Positions 38,664 to 52,300 of a DNA stretch of 64,000 bases are shown here, one piece after another (position 1 is the stretch's first letter; each line of letters opens with the position of its first letter). The notes under the pieces are model-generated. The model searched no databases and was not told the origin of the DNA. It saw nothing but the letters and a program-made list of their open reading frames with translations. A program made the position numbers and the translations under genes. Origin of the DNA: Paragordius varius (taxonomy: Eukaryota > Animalia > Nematomorpha); contig OZ176054.1 in NCBI GenBank assembly GCA_964247055.1, forward strand, positions 1,612,001-1,676,000, in the 5' to 3' direction.

Positions 38664-40077
38664 TCAACTTACGATAACAAGTCTGGGGAGAGAATATCAT
38701 TTATTTTCCGAGATTTGCTTACCTAACATTGTAATTACCGTTATAAAATAGGCATTTGGAAATACATTAAATAATTAATTATATTTCTCAACATTAACCA
38801 ACAAATTTTAAAGCGTTTCAAACTTACAAAACGGTTTAGTTATTATTTTGATATATTGAAATATCGAATTGAAATTAATGTAATTATTATTTTATGTTTT
38901 ATTCATTTTTTCAGAAATTACATCATTAACCCATATATTTTTATGATATGTCATTTCTCATGTGATAAAATCATTTTATGAATCTGCATTTTCAAATTTT
39001 TATACATTTACTCAGTCATATTTTTAATCGAATCTTACAAACAAATTTTTTAGAATAAATTATTTTTTTTCTAATATCATTTAATCTATAAATATTTATT
39101 TTATTTATTTTTACATCTTAGGATTGTTTATCTCTTTAATAAAAATTGAAGTGAAATTTTTTTTCAACCAAAAATACTTTTATTTTTTAGGGCCTAATAC
39201 CTTTTATTTTTTTAGATTTCAAGAAGATTTATCTTTAATTACACTAGACAACAAATTTTGACTTCTATAACTGCCATGTAAATTTAAAATTTATTACATT
39301 AGAATACATAAATAGTATATCTGAAAAGAAAATTGGTCTAATACCTAAGAATTTTTTTATATTAGAGTTTATCGATAATTTTTGGCCTCGATTTAACAAT
39401 AAACTCGAAATTTTCAAAATAAAAAGTTTTAAATATGAAACCATGTATTTTATATCGTTCGAAAGAGCGCAAAAAACTGAATCTTTCAAATGGTAGTAAG
39501 TCATTTAAATCAATTGGATATATAAGTTATTTGGGTTTATATGGTTAAATTTTAAATCCTTAAATAAGTCAAAAATTTTCACAGTCAAACTAATTTGAAA
39601 ATCATATAAATTATTTCAATATAATTGATAGGGTTATATTAGTATTTAATTTTAAAAAAATCTTTGAAAGCTTTTGGTATGCTTTTTTAATAAAAATTAT
39701 TATTATCATAATTATTTAACCTAGTGGTAACTAAAATGATAACTGTAAATTTATTACATGGCTAAATAATCAAATATACCTTAAACTTTGTTTTTGTCTT
39801 TAATAATTTAAAATTATTAAGGCTTGTAAAGAAAATAAAATTATTATTGATGAGGTAATTTTTTAAAAAACAAAAAACTTAAAAATGCTATTTTGAGTGA
39901 CATAAGAGCAATAAAAAGTTTAAATCAATAAAACTTTCTTGTGTTATGGTAAATAACGGATTGGTTATGTTTTGTAATAACAGTTTTGTTTGTTTAGAAA
40001 ATTTAAAGCACTAACGGCGCCTAAAATAATTTTAGTATTTTAAATATCGAACAGTTTTTAAATGTACTATTCTCTGC

Positions 40078-40080
<3 letters not shown>

Positions 40081-40126
<46 letters not shown>
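40081..40126. repeat. (TA)n microsatellite
   Basis: Uninterrupted AT dinucleotide run. Confidence 0.95.
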
Positions 40127-40133
<7 letters not shown>

Positions 40134-42677
40134 GGGTCAAATTTTATTGATATTTTGCAAATACCAAATTAAATTTGTTACAACAATTATTTTTTAATTA
40201 TTCAAAGTAGGGGTATTTAATATGTGGCCTTCCGCGACTTATTGCATGGCCCGCCGAAAACCACTGTAAATATTTTTGCAGCAAATCTCTTTTTTTCGAC
40301 TAACCGTAAATTTTTATAGGAATTTTTTATGTTAGGTGGATTTAATTTATATTTAGACGTTTATAACAACTTAAAATGGGCAAGCACCATATCTCAGGAT
40401 TCTGTTAAATTGCTTTCATTGCATATCTTATATATATTATCATATATTTATTTTTATACGCCATCACCTCCAAAGTTGTATTGCTAAAATATTTTTATTT
40501 CAAAGCTAAAAAAATAAATAATAATTAATTTTTATGGCATCCGTTTGTCTTTAACATTGATTAAAGGGCTTCGTGAATAAAAGTTGATTTATCTATTAAT
40601 CACTTAAACAAAGTTTGCTTTGAATATTGGCATATGGCTTAACTTATTTTGTATATTATAACCCAGTAACGGTTAATGACATTTTTTGGTAGTTTTCTTC
40701 CGCAGAGCTTAAAGTATTAAATAAAATTTATTTATCCAGCCCATCCCTCCTGTATTAGACAAAAAACTTATAATATTCACAGTTTATTTACTTCTATAGT
40801 CCCGAATTCGGATAACAAGATTGAAGCTAACAGATGATTTTAAAATTTATATTAAGATTTTGATGGTAAAAATTTTGAAAGCTTTCCAAGGTTACTTCTT
40901 TTTATCCTTATATACATTATTTGCTTGTCGTTTTAACCGTTTAAAATCCAAAAAATATGCATTTTTTTGAAAAAATTGTATCATGGGCCTGAAAGACTAA
41001 AGAAAGGTTATTTTTAAATTTGGCACAAAGCCAAAAATATTCAAGATATTTAAATTAATAAGTTCCTGGGTATATAGTTACCCCAAAATGTCATAAAGTG
41101 ATATATTAATTATTATTTATCACAAATACAAGAATGCTAGAAAGTATAACATTTATTTTAATAGCAGTGATATGAAAAAAAAAAGATTTCTTAAGCCAAA
41201 GAGAGTATTATATTGTATTACAGTAACTTGGTGGGCCTCATTTTTTACAATCACTCTATCAATCATATGTCAGAATATATGTATCTAATATCAATTTTCA
41301 AGTGAAATCGCATGAAATCGCATTGCAAACTTTCCACTTGTATAAAAATTTAAAACAAATATATTTAGTATATCTCTTAAAGTAAACTGCAAATAAGATG
41401 AAACAAAATCGAAAACTTCTTTTTTTAATACATTCTAAGTATATACTCAAATATCTTCAATATCAAAAGATTGTTAATTCGAAAAGCGCATACACATACA
41501 TACCCCTTAAGAAAAAGATTTTGTTACAATGGTAATTAAAAAATTTATTAATATTACACAAAAAAATTAATTGCTCTTGAAATTTAACAATATATACAAA
41601 TAAAAAGATATAAGCGGCTTATCTAAAGACAAAACAAATATACCTACTAGCATATTAATTTACGATCAAAGATTAGATGTTTTAATTTTATCACTTTAAA
41701 CAATAAAAATTTGGTTATCGGATTTGTGATTCTAAATTTGTAAAAAAAAACATCCAATTTAAAATCTCTTAAAATTAAAAAATTTGGAAGGCAAGGCAGA
41801 TATTTTTAAGTTATTAAATAACATATTAAATATCGACACCTATTTTAATTTGTAAAATATATTGGAGTTAATCTGGCTTTAAGCCAGGATTTTGCTATAT
41901 ATATAGTAGATTCTTCATCTTATATTTAAGGAATTTAGGTTATACATATTCTGTTGTGTGCCAAGAATATAGAAATTTAATACGGTGAAACAGAGAGGAC
42001 AATCAGTCTATTAAGACTTATATTATTATATTTTGTTAAAACATTGATATTTTTTTTTATATTATCTTGCTATAAAATAGCAAGCAAGTATTAATTCCAA
42101 ATCAAAAATAAAAATTAGATATATATAAATATGAGCCTTTCTGTATTAAAATTAGTAAGCTTGTTCTGATTTGTAAAAACGTGTTCATTCTAACATTATT
42201 ATATACATTGTTGCATAGTGGTGCACTCCAATAGTAATGTCCATTATATACTGTATTTTTGCTGTTTTTTTTCACAAAAATGAAACATTAATTAATTTTA
42301 ATTAGTTTTATATTTTAAAAAGGTCATTTTTTATAAATCACTGGTCGAGATTTATCCATTGATATAATTAATTTTTTGCAATTAGTTTTTATGAATAGCA
42401 ACAACCTTATAATTTATAAAATTAAAAAAATTCATTATATATATTTTATAAAATAAAATATTTTTGTCATTAGTAAAATTTATAAGCATGGATATAAATT
42501 AAAATAATTACATAATATACTATGAATATTAAAATGGCTTCGCTTGCTTTTTAAGCAGGACAACTACTATATACATATATATACAAAGTCCCCTTATCTA
42601 TTAGGCAAAGGCAAATGAATATATATATTTGTTTATACCTTTTTTCATCCTAAATCACAATATAAAAAAATGATGGC

Positions 42678-42714
<37 letters not shown>

Positions 42715-43346
42715 AAATGTGTCACAACAGTTTAGAAACATTGTACAAATGGATGTGTTTGATTGCAATTGATTTTATATTCCATGAATTATTGTTAAGC
42801 GTCACTAAAACAGAAAGGATGCACAACGATTTTTCTATTACTAGTCCTATTATAATGGGTTATGTGGTCTTAATATATATATTCTTTGCAAAAAGCATCA
42901 TAAAATGTAAAAATTATGGCGATTTATTGATTAAAAATAATAATTCTTTTTTTCTGCAAAAATATATTTTTTTAAGATCAAAAATTAAGGTGCTAACATT
43001 TAGAGAGGGTAAGATTAGACTTTTGTCTTCCTAAAAACTAACTATCATTTTATTACTACCTTTTTTTTCTTCCTTATATCTCCATTAAACTAATAATGAT
43101 TGATAATTTTTTTATTGAGTATTATAAAAATTAAAAATTAATATATCTTCAACAATATCGGATTACCTAATATATGTATACCTGTATCTATCTTCATTCT
43201 TTACCACAAATTGATGACAACATAGATAGACATTCTGTGACATTTTTTTGTACGCGCACACATATAATATATATTTATCAAACTAATATTTTATCAATTT
43301 TTTGAAAAAAAAAATTCCTTTACATACACAAATTATTTGTTAACAA

Positions 43347-44438
43347 ATGCATTCCAACCAAAGTACGTATATGGAATCAAATTATTCGACATATTCCCCC
43401 GTTATGTTATCAAACTATTCCCAAGTTGATCAAATGAGTTATACCCATTACGATTCATCCATCAATACAGTACCTCGTGATAACAACTTTTATACTTCAT
43501 ATCAAAACGAACATTTTACTCATCAAAATGGTACAATTATTATGCCTTTACATACAAACACATTTTTGGATTGCTCAAATTTGGAAGAGGCAAGGATACA
43601 AGAAACCGATTGTAAAATAAATATGGTTGGTGAATCTCAACAAAACTACAAAGCCACCAGATATCGATCTACCTGCCTCAAAACAACAACAAAAACAGCT
43701 ACGTCAACAGTTAAAAGCAGAGTAAAAAACCCTGAATTGTTACAGAAAATAAAACGTGTTCGACGCAAAAAAGCAAACGATCGAGAAAGAAATCGAATGC
43801 ATGGCCTTAATAACGCTATGGAGGCGTTGAGAAATGCTTTACCACAAGAATTAGTTAGATTGGCCACGGCCAATACTACGAATTGCGTTTCAACCAATTG
43901 CGATGAACATATCGTATGTCCAGAGACTTGTAGATATAATAACAATCAGAATTACCATAATCCAAATGGTGGTTTATCCTCTCAAACTATGCAGGATACA
44001 GACTTAAATCATCCACCCTCTCAACCAAAACAACAACTAAGTCCGTTAGAGCGTTTAACACAATGTATTATAACGGAAATCAATTCAAAGCAAATACACT
44101 CACCCTTGTCCAGCAACACATATTACGCATCAGATGCCGAAAATTACTCAAACCACATAAATGGTAATGACACAACTTTCCAACAGAATATCCAAACCAA
44201 AACCAATAACGGTTTAATAACCAGTTTACCACCTTATCATCCTACATGTAACAAATCTCCCGCCAATTCCGTATCATATGATTCAACTTCCTCGTGTTCA
44301 GGGGGTCAATATGGCGAAAATTCTAGCAAACCTGAAGATGCATTTATGCACGGCCCCAAATTAACTAAAATTGAAACTTTACGCTTAGCTTATAATTATA
44401 TTAAAACATTAACCGATATATTACGCAAAAATAGCTAA
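43347..44438 (+). CDS. ngn: Neurogenin/tap-like atonal-superfamily bHLH transcription factor, single exon, 363 aa
   Basis: RRKKANDRERNRMHGLNNAMEALRNALP (basic region + helix 1) and PEDA...KLTKIETLRLAYNYIKTLTDIL (helix 2), in a 1092-nt open frame within very AT-rich DNA. Confidence 0.9.
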   Translation: MHSNQSTYMESNYSTYSPVMLSNYSQVDQMSYTHYDSSINTVPRDNNFYTSYQNEHFTHQNGTIIMPLHTNTFLDCSNLEEARIQETDCKINMVGESQQNYKATRYRSTCLKTTTKTATSTVKSRVKNPELLQKIKRVRRKKANDRERNRMHGLNNAMEALRNALPQELVRLATANTTNCVSTNCDEHIVCPETCRYNNNQNYHNPNGGLSSQTMQDTDLNHPPSQPKQQLSPLERLTQCIITEINSKQIHSPLSSNTYYASDAENYSNHINGNDTTFQQNIQTKTNNGLITSLPPYHPTCNKSPANSVSYDSTSSCSGGQYGENSSKPEDAFMHGPKLTKIETLRLAYNYIKTLTDILRKNS

Positions 44439-46164
44439 ATTATATAATCTAATGTTTATATTTTTAGGTCTACTTATTTTTGTGATTACTTAGTAAAATA
44501 TTTGAATTTATACAATGTGTATTTAATTTATTTATTAAATAAATTTAGCTAAATCTGACCAATTTAATTTCATACTTATATTTTGTCATAAGTTTGACAA
44601 GCTTTTCAGCAATATTTTTCGTGTTAATGAAAAAAAAAGATGTTACAAGGTAAAATCACTCAATAAGATTAAAGTTAAGTACCTAGACTTTAAGGATCCA
44701 AAAATAGGAAAAATAACTTTCGAATTATATAACAATAATATTGTTGAATGGTTGACACTTTAAAAGACACTTGAAATATACTATCAATACTATACTTGTC
44801 AATATTTTACATTTTTTTGCTAAATATTAATCGTATATAACATTTTTTAAGCATTATTCTAGATTAATATAAATTATTGTGCTTAAAAATATGTTGTACT
44901 ATATATAAAGTTTCACTATAAAAAATCTTTTTTATTTAGTGCAAATCGGAAAACGTAAAAGTATTCAATTGGATTTATTTGACTAACTCTTAATATTACT
45001 ACATTAAAATAATGAATAATTCGATTTCTAATTATGTAATCATCCCTTATAAACAATTATAACTATTTAATTTTCGGCTAATGAGTTAAAGTCAAAAGCT
45101 TAATTGTGTGTTTTTAAACGTAATAAATTAATCAGACTTTATGGTATATATATTTTATTTTATTATTAAAGAAAGGTTTACATATAAAAAATAATTAAGA
45201 AGCTTAAATATATAGATGTAATCATCATTATTTTTCGATTTTCATAATTTGCTGATTATGCGCTTACCAGTCAAAAGTTAAAAATAAAATTAATGCAAAT
45301 ATCGATATTTACGTATTTTATTTAAGAAGATTTGTCCAGTTTTCAATTGTTTAAAGTGAAATTTATCAAATCTATATAGGCGAAGTGTGACATTTATGCC
45401 GCCCTGATGTATCTTTTGTTATCTGAAACTTACATCTGTATTTATACGTAATAATTATATTTTATCAAAAAACAACTTTTTTAACAAGAGTAGATTAGAT
45501 TACATAAAAGAGATATATATGTCATACTTTACAATTAGTAATTGACAAGGTGTCAATAGATAAAAAAGATAATTAGTAGTAGCATTGTATTAAATTGGTG
45601 CAAAATTCGAAAAAAATTGAGAATTAAAATTATTAATCCAATTAAAAAATTTGCGCCTTATTTTTCTGCTGATTAAGAATATCATTTAAACGAAATTCAA
45701 CCTTGTGCATTCTAAATTTAACAATGATTAAAAAAAATTCATTCAAAAAACTTAATATTACTCATTTTATGATAAACCTTAATGTAAAAATTTAGTCATT
45801 ATGAAGTTATTAGCTAAATATAAAAATAATGCAAAATAAACCACTCTTTCTGTTTATATCAGAGTTAAAAATGATATAGATATAAAATTAGCTTAAATTT
45901 TAGGTTAGAATCAAATAAACACAATATTTTGCAAAAATATTGTAAAATAAAAATGGCGTCGAAGTAGATTGATATAGTTTTTTTTTAAACTAAATTAAAA
46001 TTTAGCTTTTTAAATAATTTTCATTAGGATAAAAGTATATTAAGAGAAACCGCCCCTTTCTGTTTTTTAAAAATATCAATTTGCACATGGTCTGGATCAC
46101 TAGCTAACCCAATTTAAATAGAAGTGTTAACAATAAACTGTATTCTAAATATAATATATTTTTA

Positions 46165-46250
46165 GGGTGAATTGAATTGTTCGAAGGTGGTTTGAAATGT
46201 TTAAAGGTTAGTTTAAAGTTTTTAAGAGTGTATTAGACCACGAAATGGCA
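46165..46250. repeat. Solo degenerate arm of the 21-bp-array MITE family
   Basis: AGGGTGAATTGAATTGTTCGAAGGTGG... ending AAATGGCATA, resembling the right arm of 38017-38388. Confidence 0.5.
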
Positions 46251-49200
46251 TATTTTGTTTAAAATATAAAAAAAGGCTCTATGTTATCTACAACCACTTT
46301 ATATGTTAATTCAAATATAAGACATTCTTCTAAATTTAAACAATTTTCAGTTATATAAAACGGTTCCGATTTACATACCCTATGGAAAAAATTTAAATTA
46401 GTAAATTTGGTTGTTTTTATCGGCTTGAATAATCGATCGTCGGAATTAATTATCCTTTTACCATGAACCTATCATTATGTAATGTGTTGATACAATGATT
46501 ATTATTATAAAAAATATTGTTGAATACCAAAACCTTTGATTTTTTTCAGATATTATTGTATCCGTTTTACAAATTAAATTAAATATAATTTTTCCGGACA
46601 ATGTAAGACTAAAAATATTAAATACATATAATTTACAATATTAGTGAATATTATAAATTTACCTAAAACAGCTCTTTATGAATAAAGTGTCAAAACATTC
46701 TTTTACACATTAAAAATATTGTCGCAACCAAATTTTGAAGAATTAAACATCAATTTGCAGCATACAAAAACATTTTTATATCATCTCAGATTAAAAACAT
46801 ATACCTTTGTAACAATAAACTTCGAATTTATAAATTCACAAGTCGTAAATAATCAGATTTGAAATAAAATTAAAACTATTTCAAAGAAATTATTTGTATA
46901 TGATTATTTTTTTCTAAAAACTCTTAGTTTTGCACATTATCACCAAACTTCGTTTTCATATATGATATAAAGCTTTTTTATAATTAGTATTTTGCTAAAT
47001 TTTTTATGACGCTTATTACCGAATTGTTTAATAACTTTTTTTTACAAAAATTTAGGAAGCCAGTGTGCAATAGCTAACCGTTTTGTGACAAAAATGCTTT
47101 AGGTAGAGTTTTTACATTTTTAAACCCAGGGCACAAATTCTTATAAAATTATATATTTATAAATAGATTCAATTATAATTGCATTATAAACGCTTTACTT
47201 TATAAATGTCCAAAGTTATCAAAACAAAAGCTTATAAATTGTTTTTGCAATTATGTAGTGCTTTGATTTTAGCCATTTTGATTTAAAGTGTTGCTCAAAA
47301 TCAATTCTAAGTTTATTTTTCTTATGCGCTTCAAAAAATATTTTTATTTAGCTTTTCACAATTTTAAACTGCAAATTTAATTGTTACTTAATAATTCATC
47401 CATAAAACCATATATCAAGAACTGTGCGCTCCTCCGAAGGAAAAACAATGATTTGTGAAACAGGTTTTTAAATTTAGTGGTTTCAATAGGATTGGATCAT
47501 CTATGAAGGAAATGTAACTTGATTAGATTCTGATGGGAGGCATATTGTTTCAAAGTCAAGCTAGAAGATTTTATTACAACAAAGACAAATGTAAAAAGGG
47601 GGGTTACACCTTTATCAGAGAATTTCACCAATGACTATTGTTAAATCATTACCATGGGTTTTAGGAAAAAGTGTTAAAATAAATATTTATCAGCAGAGGT
47701 TAATTTATCACGAAGAGATTGGAACACAGTACAATTAAACTGGCTCGATAGGCGCTTTATAATGTATGAATAGGCCAACCCGTTTCCCGAAAAAAATGAT
47801 TTAAACTTACAATTTAAGACTTGGTTTTGAAAAAAAACATTATTTTACATGGGATTGTTGACGGCATTAAAAATGTAAAACACGTTTTACTACTACGACG
47901 ACAAATAGGTATTAGATCAATTATGTTATCTTTGTCAAAATTGCTAACTGAGTTATTATTCCCTGCATATTTTATTGATGGTTAATATACTATCTCCGGC
48001 CCAATCCATTGCGTAAAAAGTATAAACTCTACATTTGTTTTCCAGATTAGTTAAAATAAAGATGCTATAGATTTCACGAACCCAAATGTGGATTTATTTG
48101 TTAAGAGTTTCTTAAGTTTCCGCTCCTCTTTCATGACTAAAAAAATAAAAAATACTTGAATTGTGTTTGGTAGTAGAGTTCATCCAAAAATGGCACATGT
48201 ATTCGTAAAAAAATAAATTGTATTAATCAAATACCTGCCTGTCTTTTTACACTGTATAATAATTGAATATGATTAATCCTAAATATATGAAAAAGAGCAA
48301 AATTATTGCTACATACAAATGAGATGTGATTTACTCTAATTATTTATAATATGATATATATCCATTATTACATTCACAGAATATTAATTTATGGTTGGCC
48401 ACAATATTTTGAAACGTATAATAGCAAAACAAAAATATTTGTTGAACTTAACTGTTGCGTTTTAACAAAAACTTAATATTAATAATCAAAACAATATGGA
48501 TTTAAAATGATGTATTTGAATTGTGTGCCTCTGATGGTTAATTTTTGATTTAGATTTTATCCCGTTTTGTCAAAGCTCACGGACAAAATCATCTCTTAGA
48601 ATTATATTTGAATGATTAAACATTCAACCACAACCATAACCATATATTATTTATTAAGAATTAGTGGAAATGAAAAAAAAATGGATAATACTATCTGATC
48701 ACTCATCTATCATTAGGTTTTAACCAAAGGGAGGGAAATCATTTAATTGAATTGATTAAAAAATAAAAATCATAAGTCTAAAATCAAAACCAACACTTTT
48801 AAGGAATAGGGATTTACCATAAAAATGTTAGTGGAGATAATCCTACAGATTATTAATAAAATGTTACGTTTGTGAAATTGTATGGTATATTAAATCCAAG
48901 TAAATATATATTCTTACTATTATACTTTGTTTTCTAAATTTCAATACATGTTTTTTAATTTTTTACTTAAACCAATATTTTCAATACATATATTATTAAT
49001 TGGATTAGCAGATTAAGAATTCTTCCTACTATTAGCAAAAGTTGATTGTCCAAATCTATAAAGCAATGAAGTTTGATGGTTTTAAAACTATCTAATCAAT
49101 GAATCCAATATTTTTTAGAAAAGGCCGGGATCCATTTTTTTAAGTTATTGGTATATGACATTTATTATAATTATTTAAAGATAGTGTGATAATAATTGTT

Positions 49201-49335
49201 AATTAAAACATAATTAATGTATTAACATGCTTAAAAATTATAATTATTAATATATGTATGCTAGAAAAATGTAATACCGATTGCGGTAAAGTTATCACTT
49301 TCAATTATTTTTTTATTTTTTTGTTGGTAAATTTT

Positions 49336-52300
49336 TTATGTTTTTCTTCTATTTATTGAGCTTTTAACACTGTTTAAGCCATTGATGAAAGGCTTGAGTT
49401 TGGACCAAATTACATTGAGCATTTCCTTGAAACTAGATCTGAATTGTTCGCTCATAGTACAATAAACTATGAAGTTAATAGAGCTATTTATAAGTGCCAT
49501 AGTGTCCATTAAATCACCTAAAGGACTGTAAACCATGTTAAAAAAGGGTTGTCCCAACAAATCCTTGATACACAGTAAGGCAAGGAGCCCACTAGGAAAT
49601 TCAGTTACCAGGAAACACAATAAAACAGTGAGCAAAAGTTGGGATGTTTTATCGCCTCGGTATCTACGCCTCGGGACTCTCCGCGAAAGATTAAGGTTAA
49701 GATTTTGTATGGCAACATTTGGGTTATTAGTTAAAGGAACAGCTCCTTCTTCGTTTCTTGATGCGAGTGAACCTGTGATACCTTTGTCGTGATGGCTATT
49801 GATTGCGTTTGTGTTTTGTAAAAGTAAAGTGCTTACTTTATTACGGGCTCGCTGATAAATTGAACGGTCAATCCTAACAGGGGGTATCGAAGGATGATCA
49901 TAAGAGACTGTTTTGATCATATTTGGAATATTTGACTGTTGATTTATAAAAATTGTTTTAGCAGCTGTTTTGCTGCCAATATCAATATTTTGTAGTTCTT
50001 CATGTTTTTCCCCATCTTCAACCTCATTGGGTGAAGAAGAAAGAAGTTGGGCTGTATTTAATACAAGAGATGATTTTCGTTTATAGTTGTGTGCCTTGTC
50101 TGCTATTGCTTTTGAGGAAGAGTATCTTACCTTTGGATAACCTGCTAATACAAAAGAAGTATGGTGATTTTTAGCCGTAGACATTCGTCTTTCATTTTTA
50201 TGGTTTGGACTTTTGACTAGAAATATCCGTTTGAACCAATTGTTGCCACCATTTAAATTGGTTGAAATAATTTTATTGTTCGGTTCAGCTAGGGAGGATG
50301 ATCGTTTTATCCATCCATTTATGACTACCTTATTATCCAGAGCGTTACTATAATCATTGTTCAAAAACATGAGTGAATTTTTATCACGTGAAACCTCCTC
50401 ATTAGATTTATTAAATTGTTCTTCTGCTATTTCTTTGGTATCATCATCAATGTCATCTGCCTCGGGTATGATTTGATAATAGCTCGAAGGATCCGGTGGT
50501 ATATATTTGGCTTGTTTAAAATTGGTGTATGGTACATACTCGTTCACGATATCATTACCACTGTCCCTGTACAAATTTTGGAAACCTTTGAATAGGGATG
50601 TCGCCTTATTCTTATTCCTAAGGCTGATAGATGATTTTTTATGTCCAATCTTGTATGTTCCATGATTACCCCTCCCCCAATCACCAAATATCTGCAGGGG
50701 GAACTTATAATGTGTCCTTTCACCATATTTTTTACGTTTCCTTTGTGCAGGACAATTCTCTTCTATCGTCGTTAACAATTCGGCTTCGTCAATTGTGTTT
50801 AGGGTTTCTCGCCCACTGTAAAAGGTGGCGGCTGTACTTCTCTTTTTATCCAAGCTATTTGTTGGACCTAACATCATTAGAGAAGAAGAATTCGGTGGAC
50901 CCATTTGTGGTCTGCTTGTGCCAATGTTAGCTCCTCCAATTTTTAATTTTTGATGGCGATAATTTGCACGGCAAATCACGTAGATGAGAAAGGCTGACAT
51001 AATGGTTAACATTAGACATGGTAGGAGTTTACCAATTACACTAATCATATATAATACAAAATAAATGTAAGGTAAAAATTTTTTGGCATGTATTATATAG
51101 TTTTAAATTTTGCAAAACTTAAAACTTTTTATTTTTAGCTCATCGAATTTTCGATCTTCAACACTGTCTCATTTAACCTTTTTCATTTGACAAGAATTAT
51201 TATTCAACATCAGTTGTAAAAGCATATCACATCCTTCCACCCCAATGTATGTTCTTAGGAAAATATGCTCTTACATTTTTAAAAAATACTTATATGCCGT
51301 TGATAAAATAATTTCTTCCAACTTATTATAAAATTTGTTTTCCTCTAATAATTGAGAAATCATTTTATGTAGGTTTGATTAATCTGACATTTAAAGCTAA
51401 TCTGTAATTTTAACCGAAATTGAACGCAAAAGTAATAAGCTTAATTAAAATTGAACTATAATAAAAACCGTAAAATACATGCTAATTCGATAATATACAA
51501 TTTGAGTAAGTACACATTGCAAATTTTTGATTAAATATTGTCCAGATAGTATATACACCACACGCATTAATATTGGCTACAATAGTAAAGAGTGAGGAAA
51601 TAAACTTTAAGCCAATAACATTACCCTTTTCTGAATATGCTATCCGGCACTAATAAATGCGAAAAAAATAGCAATGCAAACTTATTCAAAATGTATTTTG
51701 CCAAAATGACATTAACACTACGATTCAAATTGGGGTATCTAAATACCCCAGACTAAATTTAAATTAAAATTTTTAAAAAACTACTGAAGGAAACGGTCCC
51801 AATTTAAATTTATGCTTCTATCCTGATAAATATTAGATGAATATGCCAAAATATATTGATTAAATTTTGTTTTGAAAAAAAAGTTCCAACTCAAACTACT
51901 TCAACGCCATTTATATTTTGCAAAAATTTTGCAAAATATCGTTTTCATTTAATTTTAAGGGTAAACTAAAGCTTATTTTTTATATAAATTACATCAAACA
52001 TTGATAGAAATAGAAATAGCGGTATATTTTGTATTATTTTTAATTTTACAATTTGACATATGTCACGTTGACTAAATTTTTACCTTTCAGTTTTAGTTCA
52101 AAATAAGTAATTTCAAGTATTTTTGAATAAAATTTTTTATATATTTCTGTTTATTAATGTTATATAAGTGCAAAATTTTGCCATGGTTTTGATTGCTTCC
52201 ATACTTTTTAAAGTATTTGATTTTAAACAGGCCTGGGGTATCCAACTACCCCAATTTGAATCGAAGGACTAAAATGAGTGTGTTGCATCCAAGTGTTAAC

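Noticed and set aside
42717-43034. 105-aa ORF upstream of the neurogenin gene
   Set aside because: Low-complexity AT-rich frame next to a (TA)n run with no domain signal; probably non-coding.
43646-43945. 99-aa antisense ORF, plus short ORFs opposite GPCR exon 3 (49535-49792, 50631-50930)
   Set aside because: These are shadow frames of real coding sequence with no recognisable motifs.
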